This document shows positions 41,950 to 55,352 of a stretch of 64,000 nucleotides of DNA, one piece after another. The position numbers and the translations under genes were made by a program. Numbering within the stretch: the first letter of the stretch is position 1; every line of letters starts with the position of its first letter. Under the pieces are notes generated by a model. It saw only the letters and a list, made by a program, of their open reading frames with translations, did not search any database and had not been told where the DNA came from. Source of the stretch: Octopus vulgaris (lineage: Eukaryota); contig OX597819.1 in NCBI GenBank assembly GCA_951406725.2, forward strand, positions 23,188,001 to 23,252,000, given 5' to 3'.

Positions 41950-43800
41950 ATCAGCGAATGAGATGTATGAATTCACATGGCCTGGAGTCACGCTGAAAGC
42001 AGGGTCGCCTGATCAATTACTTCACGCTGCTAGGTTTAGTTGTGATAGCCATCAAAAGCCAGAATTCCCAACGCACGCACCTTAGCATACGTGTTTGACA
42101 GTATTGCGATCTTTGTACCTTTTTATTAGCTCAAAATGGGGTTGGGGTGAAGGTACTGTTTCGGAAAGGCCTAGTCCTCGAGATCTTCTTGAACTCAGAC
42201 AGTAAGTAGGCGGTCCTAGTCGTACACAATAGCGAAGATAGTGCCCTTAGACTAGTCGTTGTTTCTGCATCGACTGGAGCGGGACTGTCGGATCTCTTCA
42301 GGCGTTTCGAGTTTTTCGTGGGATCATCCCGCTCTTTGGTGCTTGTAAGCGATTTTATCTCTATCTTGAATGCACCTCTGGATTGCATGATAGGAGAGTG
42401 GATGTAACAGCCTCATGAACCTGATCAGTAGTTTCCATCTGGCTGACAAGTACTGACTGGATTTCCCGAATACGCCAATGTGGACATGGACGATTAGATT
42501 AGCTTAGTAAAGACAGAGAGAGATAATTCTAAACTAGAGAAGAGCGAGTGAATAATCAAGAAGAATCGCTTAGAAAACGCACTGCAACCGACGTGCCGGC
42601 AGTGGGATTGACTTTTGCCCAATTCTTCAACGTTAAATACGAAGTTACCTTGTCAAAGCTAAGGTGTATATTCTAAGGCATCAAGGAACGAAAGCTGTTC
42701 GTTTGGTCCGGAGGCAGAGGTGCATTGCAGCAAGACAGGCATAATTAAGTTTTTGTTATATCGTGGGAGGCGCATGCTACTCGATTCCATGCAGGTGTGT
42801 GCGGCTTTTCAAAGGCACTTCATTCAACCGTTTGGGGCGGACGGTGGACCGGAGACCTGTGGTGCACCTTACCGCCTACTTCGATGGCCTGCCGTGAATC
42901 TTGACCGGGAAACTGGATTAATGCGAAAGACGATAACAACTAACTAACGCAGCACGTGGGAGCAGTCGCTGAAGCAGGATGACCTACCCTATGAGCTTTG
43001 TCTTTATTTACTAGACTTGTTCGGAGTCTTTTAACAGATGTCTACTGAACATGGCAGGGTGGGTGAATTTATCAACTTCAGGCTAAGTGCAGAGTTGAAG
43101 ATTTTAGCCAATATGTTAGCTGAGAGGTTGGCGGTTGTTGTCAGTACTCTGATAGCTGAAGCACATACCAAGCAGATTTATCCACAACAACCTCTACCTC
43201 ACGCAATACATCATAAAAAAGAGCGGGTAAAGAACATAGCATGAATGGGACTCTAATCAATTTAGATCCGTCAAAAGCTTTCGATAGGGTCGACCATCAA
43301 TATTTGGCAGCTGCTGTCAAGGCACCGTGTTTAGGGCATGTCTTCAGGAACTGGATAGCTGCAATGGTGGTTAGAGTAAATGGTTACTTGTTGGAATGTT
43401 TACTTTCATGCAAACAGTCTGTCGAGTGTGTCCATTCTTTATCCTCTGTGCGTATAAACCCTAAAGCCACTACTGCAGAAATTGGAAATTTCGAGGGGCG
43501 ATCCACGGCAAATAAGATGCGGGAAATACGTGTTTCCACACACAAACCACGTTGCCGTAATAGTGTCGGACACCGCCAAACGCATCGAAGTGACTGAAAC
43601 AACAGTAAGGAATACAAGTTGGTGACAGAAACAAAAATGCATAAAGAGAAATCATTGAATTTGCAGATTAACACTTGGAGAGTCAGGTCCATGCCGATCA
43701 ACAGCATCTTAGAGCCCTGGACTTGGTGTTTGATTTGGTCCAGAGCTTCAGGTAGAAAGAACCTGGAAAAAGTGACGAGCTGGGTTGCTAGTCTTATCCG
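41950..43800 (+). mobile_element. Decayed L1/Tx1-type LINE ORF2 (APE + RT)
   Basis: CMNSHGL..KQGRL (APE start), ELKILANMLAERL, LINLDPSKAFDRVDHQYL...VRVNG (RT). Many frameshifts and deletions. Confidence 0.85.
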
Positions 43801-44031
43801 GGGGTTAGTTGATACCATCGACCCCAGTACTTGACTGCTTTTTTTTTTTCATATTGCTCCTGAAGCGGTTAAAGAGGAAGTACACTTTGACTGTATTTGT
43901 TCCGGCTCTTTACGTTCTGAGTTCAAATCCTGTCGAGGTCAATTTTAACTTTCACTCCTCCGAAGTGGATGAAATGAACTACTTGCCCTCAAAATTGCTG
44001 ATCTTGTTAGAAGCAATTAGTATTGCTGTTG

Positions 44032-44063
<32 letters not shown>

Positions 44064-44460
44064 GGTGGTGGTGACATCATAGCCATAATCCTGTACAGTG
44101 TACCTTGAACAAGTCTTATCAATGTACTTTTTTGGTAGAATGTGAGATGCAAGAGTTTCACTGCTATTTCTAGCAAGCCACGTAACCACCCAGTAACTTT
44201 CTAATTTTGTTCAGTTGTTATTGTTATTGTTATTTAGGGTCATTCCATGACTGATACTGCAGACATATGATCAAAGGGATTCTAGCCATGGCTATCCTGC
44301 CTTTTACTATAACAAAGACTGCATTATCCAATGTTTCCCTCCTTTCTTTAAGGTTGTAGGTGTCAGTTGAGGTAAATTGGCTACTGTTTCTAACAGGTCG
44401 AGTGATTAGATAGTGTTGTTATATATGACTCTACTGATGTTTCGGTCTAAAACTGAAACC

Positions 44461-44693
44461 TACTTCTCTACTACCCACAAGGGGCTAAAGACAGAGAGGA
44501 CAAACAAGGACAGACAAACGGATTAAGTCGATTATATCGACTACAGTGCGTAACTCGTACTTAATTTATCGACCTCGAAAGGATGAAAGGCAAAGTCGAC
44601 CTCGGCGGAATTCGAACTCAATACGTAACGGCAGACGAAATACTGCTAAGCATTTCGCCCGGTGCGCTAACGCTTCTGCCATCTCACCGCCTT
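44461..44693 (-). mobile_element. SINE B with a 16-bp target-site duplication
   Basis: gtctaaaactgaaacc at 44445-44460 and 44694-44709. Confidence 0.93.
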
Positions 44694-45246
44694 GTCTAAA
44701 ACTGAAACCGTATGGTAAAGAGATACCACAGTGACCAGTTTCCGTTTACCTACGGTCGCTGCCGGCTTGCATGTTTACAATTATATGTGCATTGACAGGA
44801 TCAACAAAGCGATTTAGCTATTATTTCTAGCAGTGTCGGTGTTGTAACACTCTTGGTAATATTTAATGACGTTTATAGTTTTTTCCTTTTGGTGAAACTC
44901 TGCTCACTAGCTGCTTCCTTTAATTATTAGTGTATATATGTATATAGATACCAAACTATATTTAAAGAAGTCTTCAACGAAAAAAACTCCAGACAGGTTT
45001 TGACCACCAAACAGAAGACAAAATATTTTAGAATCAAATTTTTATAAATCTTTATTAATAATTGATAAGACGAAATTCATCATCGAGACCGGTTATATTT
45101 TATACTTTTTTTTTATATATAATCTTTAAATCATTTTATTAGATTCTTTCTAAATTGAAATGTCTTAGATTTACTTCTTTGCCGTTTCCATCTCCATCAT
45201 TTATATAAAAAAAAATTTGATTTGTATAGATCTTTAATATTTTTTA

Positions 45247-45300
<54 letters not shown>

Positions 45301-45302
45301 AG

Positions 45303-45629
45303 TATGAAAAAACAAGTCAGGAAAGAAAATACTAAAATAATTTTATAAAGAATCATTTCAGTACCGGTTTCAGTCAAGTCATTGATACCTTTTCAACTGT
45401 AACAATTAAATAATTAAATTTAGAAAAATTAAAAGAAAAGTTTTTTTTAAAAGAATATTTGCATAGTCTTCAAATATGCAAATATTCTTTTAAAAAAACT
45501 TTTCTTTAATTTTTCTAAATTTAAATATTTAATCGTTACAGTTGAAAAGGTCTCAATGACTGAAACCGGCACTGAAATGTTCTTTATAAAATTATTTTAC
45601 AATTTTCTGTCCTGACTTGTTTGTTCATA
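45303..45629. mobile_element. Foldback element, ~160-bp arms, 9-nt loop, a hammerhead variant in each arm, between (TA)n tracts
   Basis: Centre aatatttgcata-gtcttcaaa-tatgcaaatatt. Plus strand 45539-45574: cag TTGAAAA ggtc tcaat gact GAAAC cg GCA ctg. Minus strand 45359-45399 has the same motif ending GTA ctg. Confidence 0.82.
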
Positions 45630-45662
45630 TATATCAACTAGTGTGTTCCTTTTTTTCATCCT

Positions 45663-45700
<38 letters not shown>

Positions 45701-45702
<2 letters not shown>

Positions 45703-46323
45703 ATAGAAATATTAAAATTACTAAGTCTCTCTAAAAGAGATTACGGCAGCGTTACTGGAAATTAATTGTTATCGCCATATTAATATGGCAGTCTTATAGA
45801 TATAAGACTAAAAGCTGTCGCTGATTAGCTCCATGAGGCCATCGCCTTAAGATAGCTATTTGACACACAAACTGTGTCCATTATAACCTTCGAACAAGAG
45901 AGGTCAACCGCTTCACACTGCCAGTCACACAGCTACAGACGCGTTTCAGGGTATTTGCCCTTTGTCAATGTAGCGTAGTCGACCCAGCAGGTGTCGCCAC
46001 TGATCGTCTCTGTTCGAAGGTTTTATTTACCTAGTTTCGGTGGAATACATCCACTTGTTTTCAATAATAGAAATATTAAAATTACTAAGTCTCTCTAAAA
46101 GAGATTACGGCAGCGTTACTGGAAATTAATTGTTATCGCCATATTAATATAGCAGTCTTATAGATATAAAACTAAAAGCTGTCGCTGATTAGCTCCATGA
46201 GGCCATCGCCTTAAGATAGCTATTTGACACACAAACTATGTCCATTATAACCTTCGAACAAGGGAGGTCAGCCGCTTCACACTGCCAGTCACACAGCTAC
46301 AGACGCGTTTCAGGGTATTTGCC
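45701..46323 (-). mobile_element. Tandem 364-bp repeat (1.7 units, pseudo-LTR-like) with a hammerhead
   Basis: 45701-45959 is repeated at 46065-46323. Left end abuts (TA)n; right end is cut by SINE A (46325-46665). Confidence 0.85.
45932..45974 (-). ncRNA. Minimal type I hammerhead, U3-A8 covariant core
   Basis: gctaca TTGACAA aggg caaata ccct GAAAC gc GTC tgtagc. Perfect 6-bp stem I, 4-bp stem II, palindromic acgcgt, GUC triplet. Confidence 0.82.
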
Positions 46324-47214
46324 TTGGTGTGTGGTAAGAAGTTTACTTCGCTACTACATGGTTCCGTGTTCAGTCCCACTGTGTGCCACCTTCGGCAAAT
46401 GTCTTTAGCTATAGCCTGAACCGACCAAAGCCTAGTGAGGGAATTTGGAAGACGGAAATTGAAAGAAGTTCGCCGTATGTGTGTGTGTGTGTGTGTGTGT
46501 GTGCTTGAGTGTGTGTGTTTGTGTATCTTTGTGAATGTGTTTATCCCTCTACCACCTCCTGATAACCGATATTGGTGCGTTTACGTCCCTGTAATTTAGC
46601 GGTTGCGCAAAATTCTTCAAAGTGGTGCCCTAGCATGTCCGCAGTATAATGGCAATCAAATAAAAGAAAGATGTGCGTCCGTGTCTGTTCTTTGTATGTG
46701 TCATTGTTGCTTAGACCCAAACTATCCGATTATCCTTGATTGAGATCTATGATCAAAAGTATTTCAGTCGTGACCATCCCATCGAGTACCACATTATCAA
46801 GAATCAGTTTTTGGAGTCGGTACAGTGTAAATTTGAGGGCGATTGGACCGTTATTTCTAACAGATCGATAGATCACAAACAGGCTCTTTCGTTGTCTCTA
46901 TGCAGGCGCCTATGCGTATATATTTACATGAGTGTGTATGTGTGTGTGTATGTGTGTATGTGTGTATGTGTGTATGTGTGTGTGTATGTGTGTGTGTATG
47001 TGTGTATGTGTGTATGTGTGTGTGTATGTGTGCTGGCACATGTGCGTGTGTATGTATGTCTACAGATTGTGTGTGTTGCATTTTTGCCTCTCTGCATTGC
47101 TACATATATGAATTATCTAATATGCGAGTGTGTGTGTGTGTGTATGTGTGTGTTTGTGTGTGTGTCTGTGTGTGTGTGTGTTTGTGTTTGTGTGTGTGTA
47201 TGTGTGTCTGTGTA

Positions 47215-47245
<31 letters not shown>

Positions 47246-47509
47246 GTGTATGTGTGTGTATGTGTGTGTGTTTATGTGTGTGTGTATGTATGTGTGTGTG
47301 TGTATGTGTGTGTGTGTGTATGTGTGTGTGTGTATGTGTGTGTGTGTTTGTGTTTGTGTATGTGTGTGTGTGTGTATGTATGTGTGTGTAAGTGCTTTGT
47401 GCGTATCTTTAAGGATGTGCTCGTCTTCGTGTTATTCCTTTCATTGATTTCACATTCAGCTCATCGTCTCCCTTATGATCATCGCTTCTCTCCTGTTTAC
47501 TCTTCATAA

Positions 47510-48230
47510 GATATGTCCCTTATTCTCTCTCCCTTTCTTCTTTTCCCTCCCTCCCACTCTCTCTCCCTCTCTCCTTTTCTCTCTCACCTTCTCTCTCCCT
47601 TTCTCTCTTTTTCCCTCTCTTACTCTCTCTCTCTCTCTCTCTCTCTCACTCGCTCTTCCACATAACCTGTTTCTCGTTCACTCTCACTAGTTCATCTCCC
47701 TCGTACATCTCATCTCACCCCTCCTTTCTCACTTCCTATCGCTCCCTCTCCATCCGTCTTTCCTTCTATCTCTCTCCCCTCCTACCTACCCACTCTCTTT
47801 CCCTTTAACACTCGTATTTTTCATTCATTTCAATATTGTCTCCTTCTTCCTCACTTTCACACACACACATACCTCTTTTTTTCCTTTCTCTCTCTTTCCT
47901 GCATAATTCCAGTCCTTCACCTTTCTCTCCATCTCTCCATTCTCTTCCCTTCTTTCTCTCTCTTTCTTTTAATCATTTCTCAGCTCCTCTTTCTATCATT
48001 ATTTCACAACATACTTCTCCCAACCCCTTTTTTCTATCCCTATCTCTTCATCTGACCTTAACCCCAAGTATATCACTACTCAATTCTATCTCTACTTGCA
48101 CTTCTATCCCTACTTCCGGCCCCATTTTACTCCTACTCTTAATTCTAACCCTGTCCTTTCACCCCTATACCTGTTACAACATATCTACTCCGTTCTATCC
48201 CTAACCTGGTCCATCTCCACCATCATTCAT
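47510..48230. repeat. Long polypyrimidine (CT-rich) low-complexity tract
   Basis: Directly visible. Confidence 0.88.
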
Positions 48231-48519
48231 ATCACATCCTGTTATTTTGAATTAGAAAAGGACCAATCAGAGACTATACACGACGGAATGGTCACGGCAG
48301 GAGTGGTTTTAATTATAGGCCGGTTCTGTTAGGACTAACTGACCTAGGTACAAAGAAGTTCTATCAGTTCTAACTGACCTAGGTACAAAGAAGTTCTATC
48401 AGTTAATTAGGGGAGATTCATATTCATGAGTGAGGGATCGAAATATGCTAAGTGGGTGCAAACCCAGGTCCAAATTTTTTTAGAAACAAGGTCGGTTTTG
48501 TCAATCTTAATATCGAAAC

Positions 48520-49087
<568 letters not shown>

Positions 49088-49169
49088 TATAATATAAAAT
49101 AAATATAAGAGAGTGTAGCACTAGGCCACTTGGTGTGGATATAAATATATATATAAATATATATACCCT

Positions 49170-49283
<114 letters not shown>

Positions 49284-49870
49284 CCACAGGAAAATGGAAA
49301 ATACGCAATCAATACAGAGAAAGGTATAGAAAAAGGGAGGGAAACACCTTTGGATATAGTTCCACTCGATCAGGTAAACTGGGACTCGACACCACCAAAA
49401 TAATTCTATATATGACGAACTAATGCAAAAATCCGTAATTCAAAAGTGGGGAAACTTTTCGTGTTAACTATAGAGGACTATTGGCTCCTACAAGTGTGCC
49501 ATACGACACTACCGGTGTATGGGCATACCTTAATTTCACATATAACAGTCAACCTACCTAAGGATTAAATAAACCCTGTATTTCGAGAATGAGCACAAGA
49601 GAGCAGGTGACTGGCAACGTAAAGAGAAAACACGACTGTATGTCTCCCCCACACCACAAGAAAAAATTATTCTTGAGGCCCGGTACTCCAGGTTCACCAT
49701 AGCGTCAAGAGTTACATGTTTCCAACGAGACAATTGCAACTTGACAAAGACGTGTATATCATTTGGTGCAAAGCAATGTGCTCCAAAGCGCCACCCTAAC
49801 GACTAAACATATAACAAGATATATATATATAGATAACATATTCATGTGTGTGTGTATATATGTATGTGTG

Positions 49871-49923
<53 letters not shown>

Positions 49924-50382
49924 GTATAATAGAAAGAGAGGGAGAGTATATACATACATACATGTATGTATGTATATATATATATATATATATATATACT
50001 AAGTTACTCTAAATAAAACCCTCGATTCAATAACACTGTGTACAAACTCTATACTTGGAATGACCAATTTTAAATACTATTGAATCTTACTCACAAGCTA
50101 TTGGACTGTTATATGTATACCATTCTGCCTAAATAATGGATCTACAGATGCAATATCCTTACATATTTCACGCCTATTTTATAAAACCTTTCACAACCTT
50201 GGATTTTTATCTCATTCTGTTAATTTGTTTTATATATACACATGCTGATATATGACCTATGCTGGACACCTCATTCGCATAATCACCGAACCTGGAGGTT
50301 AACTATAGCCTGTCCATAATACTTACTCAGCATTACCTGACACCGTTGGGTCTTATTGACACCATTACCTCTCACAACCTCA

Positions 50383-50463
<81 letters not shown>

Positions 50464-50477
50464 AGCATGATGAAATA

Positions 50478-50539
<62 letters not shown>

Positions 50540-50632
50540 TTATATTTCATCATGCTGGTCTCTTAATTCCTTCACATTTTCATCTCTAGGTTATATTTTT
50601 TTCCGTTCTCTCTTCATTTTTTCCTCTCAATG

Positions 50633-50668
50633 CTTTCTGTCGAATGGCGTATGCTCGAAACGTCAAAG
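50633..50668 (+). ncRNA. Variant hammerhead motif (CUGUCGAA core)
   Basis: cttt CTGTCGAA tggc gtat gctc GAAAC GTC aaag; stem II partly decayed. Confidence 0.55.
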
Positions 50669-51135
50669 ACTTTTCCATTCTTCCAGAGCGTTAAACTAAT
50701 ACACTTGTCTTCGTTGTTTGTTTTCAGGTAAGTTGAACTGTATGCACACACACACACAAACACTCACACACACATTCATACATTCATACATACATATGCA
50801 TGCATACATACATATGCATACATACATTCATACAACGGTCTTTCGCACACTTTTCATTTTCAATATTGCCCCTACCACCACTACCACGATTTATGAGAAA
50901 ACCCTAAGCCGTTGTAGATTCATTCGGTTCAGTGTCATAAACCTGTAATCAAGTAGTCCCGAGCAAACCGATTCCAATAGCATCTACAAAACTCATTGTT
51001 TAAATACAGATAAGGTCACCGTTTAGCTTTTGCGCAGCAAGGAGAACGTTTCCTAACTACATTGTTCCGAGTTCAGTCCTACTGCGTGGTATCTTCGGCA
51101 AGTGCCTTCTACTATAGCCTAAGGCTGACCAAAAC

Positions 51136-51205
51136 CTAATGAGTCGATTTGGTATACGGAAACTGGAAGAATCCCGATATATATATACGGAAACTGGAAG
51201 AATCC

Positions 51206-51243
<38 letters not shown>

Positions 51244-51282
51244 GGATTCTTCCAGTTTCCGTATACCAAATCGACTCATTAG
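51136..51282. repeat. Perfect foldback of a SINE A segment across its (TA)n tract
   Basis: 51241-51282 is the exact reverse complement of 51136-51177; the left arm also has a ~31-bp tandem duplication. Confidence 0.93.
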
Positions 51283-51347
51283 ATTCGCCTTTGCTCGGCT
51301 TCGTATGGATTTTGGCGTTCGGTTGAGCAAATTATATTTTTTGATAT

Positions 51348-51423
51348 ACTCTACTGAAGATTCGAAAATGATTATGTAAGTAAAACTGCACAATCTATTA
51401 ACGATGAAACAATTGTATAGAGT
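51348..51423 (+). ncRNA. Type I hammerhead motif with a large loop II
   Basis: actcta CTGAAGA ttcg...cgat GAAAC aatt GTA tagagt. Perfect 6-bp stem I, palindromic acaattgt. Confidence 0.75.
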
Positions 51424-51691
51424 TAATCTATTTTTTCTTTACTTTTCTTTTGTCCTGCTCGCTTACATTCTTGGCGTGTTGAATTAATGCTTGAGAACAA
51501 TTCTTTAGTGGTGGATTCCCTTTGCGGATCTATATCTAGCGTTAGAGTGACCACATGTGGTCTCTCTCTTATTACTTCTATTAATAATTTTTACTGTTTC
51601 CCAGTCTTTTTTATACGCTAGGCCACTTGATGTTTTAAATTGATGTTATTAATTAATATTCAATTTTTTTCACCCTTATTGTGATTTTAAT

Positions 51692-51753
<62 letters not shown>

Positions 51754-52164
51754 GGAGTAGGCACATAAATGTGAAGCAAGATTGCGTATACATATGTGTA
51801 CATGTATTTGTGTGTATATTTTCGTTTTGCATTTATATGTCTGTATATGTATGTGGTCTGTGTACATCTATCTGTGTATTTTGATGTATAGGTGTATATT
51901 GATGGTTTAGTATGAGTATATACTGTTGTGAAACATTTAATATATTTTAATATTAATTTTTATGTATTAATTGTATTAATCGAATTATATTTTCTATATA
52001 ATTAATGACAATATGTATTTGAATCAACTCTTCGATTTAAGGTTTTTCCTCGATATTTTTATAAGACAGTTATTATGAAGGACCAAAGAAACAAATCCAT
52101 TTTTAAAGGTGTATCCTTTAGCTAGTTTTGATCAAATTGTTATTTCGGTTCAATTTTAACAAAA

Positions 52165-52202
52165 CTGTCCGACGAACGGGAACGTGAAACTCCGAGTAAC
52201 AG
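52165..52202 (+). ncRNA. Minimal hammerhead motif ~35 bp upstream of (TA)n
   Basis: ctgt CCGACGA acg ggaa cgt GAAA ctccgag TA acag. Confidence 0.72.
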
Positions 52203-52261
52203 CTTTTGTTATATTTCTGCTGCTTTTAAATAGAGGATATATATATATATATATATATATA

Positions 52262-52658
52262 TATTTCTTTACTACCCACAAGGGCTAAACACAGAGGGGA
52301 CAAACAAGGACAGACAAAGGGATTAAGTCGATTACATCGACCCCAGTGCGTAACTGGTACTTAATTTATCGACCCCGAAAGGATGAAAGGCAAAGTCGAC
52401 CTCGGCGGAATTTGAACTCGGAACGTAACGACAGACGAAATACGGCTACGAATTTCGCCCGGCGTGCTAACGTTTCTACCAGCTCGCCATATAGGCGCAG
52501 GAGTGCCTGTGTGGTAAGAAGTAAGAATCACAACCACGAGGTTTTGGTTTCAGTCCCACTGCGTGACACTTTGGGCAAGTGTTTTCTACTATAGCCTCGG
52601 GTTGACTAGAGCCTTATGAGTGGATTTGGTAGACGGATACTGAAAGAAGCCCGTCGTG

Positions 52659-52712
<54 letters not shown>

Positions 52713-52935
52713 TCTTTGTGTCAATGTTTGTCCACCACCACCGTTTGACAACGCTGTTGGCGTGTTTACCTCCCCGTAACCTAGCGGTTCGGCTAAAGAG
52801 AACAGTAGAATAAGTACCAGGATTAGCAAAAAGTAAAGGAAAGAAAAGAAAATTAAGTGCTGTGGTCGATTTATTCGACCAAAAGAAAAAAATTATTCAA
52901 GGCGGTGCTACAGTATGGCCGCAGTGAAACAAAAG
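52262..52935. mobile_element. Head-to-head SINE B (52262-52488, -) and SINE A (52492-52935, +)
   Basis: The two tRNA-like heads are separated only by atata. Confidence 0.88.
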
Positions 52936-53228
52936 CTAAAAGGTGTGAAAATGCAGAGAGAGTCTGTTGCTGATGTTATTGTTATTGTCGTTTGTGTTTG
53001 TTCCCACGTCAATCTTCATGAAGGTCACCCGTGACCATCTCCACCCAGGAGCGCCCGCATAGTACAATGAGACCTTTCGAGTAAATGATGTCGCATGTGA
53101 TCTGGAGTGGATGGAGGTGGGTAGATTGTATTTAGCTGCTATTTCTAACAGAACGGGAAACCACGTTGAGCAATTCTCGATGATTCGTCTTGCTGTAGTT
53201 AAGAAGTGCCCTCTCTGATGTGTCTGCA

Positions 53229-53296
<68 letters not shown>

Positions 53297-53438
53297 AGAA
53301 GAAGAAGAAGAAAGAAAGAAAGAAAGAAAGAAAGAAGAAAGAAAGAAGGAAAGAACACGAAGAAGAAATAAAGAAGAAAAAAGGAAAAATAGAAATAGTA
53401 GAAGTAGAAGAAGAAGTTGGAGCAGTAGCAGCAGCAAC

Positions 53439-53523
<85 letters not shown>

Positions 53524-53651
53524 ATAGTAGTAATAGTAAGAAGAAAGAAACAAAGAAAGAAAGAAAGAAAGAATGAAAGAAAACGAGGAAGAAAAAGAAG
53601 ATATAGAAGAAATAGAAAAAGAAATCGAAGTAGAAGTAGAAGTAGAAGAAG

Positions 53652-53683
<32 letters not shown>

Positions 53684-53705
53684 GCAGCAGCAGTAGTAGT
53701 AGTAT

Positions 53706-53743
<38 letters not shown>

Positions 53744-53826
53744 AGAGGAAGAAAGAAAACAAAGAAGAAAAAGAAGAAATAGAAAAAGAAATAGAAGTAG
53801 AAGTAGAAGAAGAAGAAGAGGAAGTT

Positions 53827-53895
<69 letters not shown>

Positions 53896-53978
53896 AGAGG
53901 AAGAAAGAAAACAAAGAAGAAAAAGAAGAAATAGAAAAAGAAATAGAAGTAGAAGTAGAAGAAGAAGAAGAGGAAGTT

Positions 53979-54053
<75 letters not shown>

Positions 54054-54056
54054 AGG

Positions 54057-54099
<43 letters not shown>

Positions 54100-54194
54100 A
54101 TGAAAGAAAACAAAGAAGAAAAAGAAGAAATAGAAGAAATAGAAAAAGAAATAGAAGTAGAGGTAGAAGAAGTTGCAGCAGTAGCAGCAGCAAC

Positions 54195-54241
<47 letters not shown>

Positions 54242-54471
54242 CAGTAGCAGCAGCAGTAGTTGTAGTGGTGGTGGTGGTGGTGGTGGCGGTGTAAGCTGTT
54301 GAAATGACGGCGACATTAGTGGAGAGTCGAGTAGTCGGAAGCAATGTTGGATCGTTAAAAGTAACGAACAGCTGCTGCTGCTGCTCTTGTACAACCGCTG
54401 CTGCTTCTACAACGCGCGCCGCCAGATGCTGCACTACGACGACGACGACGATGATGATGGTACATGATGAC

Positions 54472-54525
<54 letters not shown>

Positions 54526-54646
54526 ACAATAGCGGCAGCAGCAGCAGTTGTATTAGTAGCAATATTAGAAGCAGTAGCGGCAAGAGCAGCAGCAGCAGCA
54601 CCAGTACCAAGAGTACTGGTAGCAACAGCAATAATAAGAAAGCAGA

Positions 54647-54713
<67 letters not shown>

Positions 54714-54715
54714 AG
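53229..54715. repeat. Compound (TAG)n/(GAA)n/(GAAA)n/(CAG)n/(GAT)n tract with higher-order repeats
   Basis: The block aaacaaagaagaaaaagaagaaatagaaaaagaaatagaagtagaag...gttgcagcag(TAG)n recurs 4-5 times. Confidence 0.92.
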
Positions 54716-55007
54716 TAGGTAAGTAAAATAAAGTTTGAGAAGAGGAATTTGTCATAAACTGGATTCGATGTCTGATGTTTACTTTGAACACCTCTAGCCA
54801 AGGCGGGAGGTGGTCTATATCGTGCGTCTATCGACCAGAAATAGCAGTCAAATTACCCTAACATTACGCCCCTATCCCCACCATTATCTTAAAAGGCAAA
54901 GGTTAGTGTCGATACCACTGATTTCAATGGGTTTAACAAAGATGCCATGGCGATGGAGATGGTTGAATATCTTTGATCATAACTGTACTCAATAGGTGTG
55001 TTTGAGT

Positions 55008-55048
<41 letters not shown>

Positions 55049-55086
55049 CAAATATGTATACATATATACGTATATACATATAGATA

Positions 55087-55166
<80 letters not shown>

Positions 55167-55239
55167 TTGAAAATATGACAGAGACAAGTAAAAGAACAAC
55201 AGAGTGTGTTAGTTCGGCGCTCAGGAAAAATGGAAATGG

Positions 55240-55277
55240 TCTTTGACGTTTCGAGCCTACGCTCTTCTACAGAAAGA
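55240..55277 (-). ncRNA. Variant hammerhead motif (CUGUAGAA core)
   Basis: tcttt CTGTAGAA gagc gtag gctc GAAAC GTC aaaga. Confidence 0.68.
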
Positions 55278-55321
55278 AATAAGGAGAGAAGACAGTTGGA
55301 GACAGAAAAATAAACGGAGTG

Positions 55322-55352
<31 letters not shown>

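Noticed and set aside
48336-48404. 35-bp direct repeat taactgacctaggtacaaagaagttctatcagtt
   Set aside because: Simple local tandem duplication at the end of an old repeat; no evidence of function.
53199-54791. 530-aa ORF and overlapping homopolymer ORFs
   Set aside because: Trinucleotide repeats lacking stops in some frames; no domain content.
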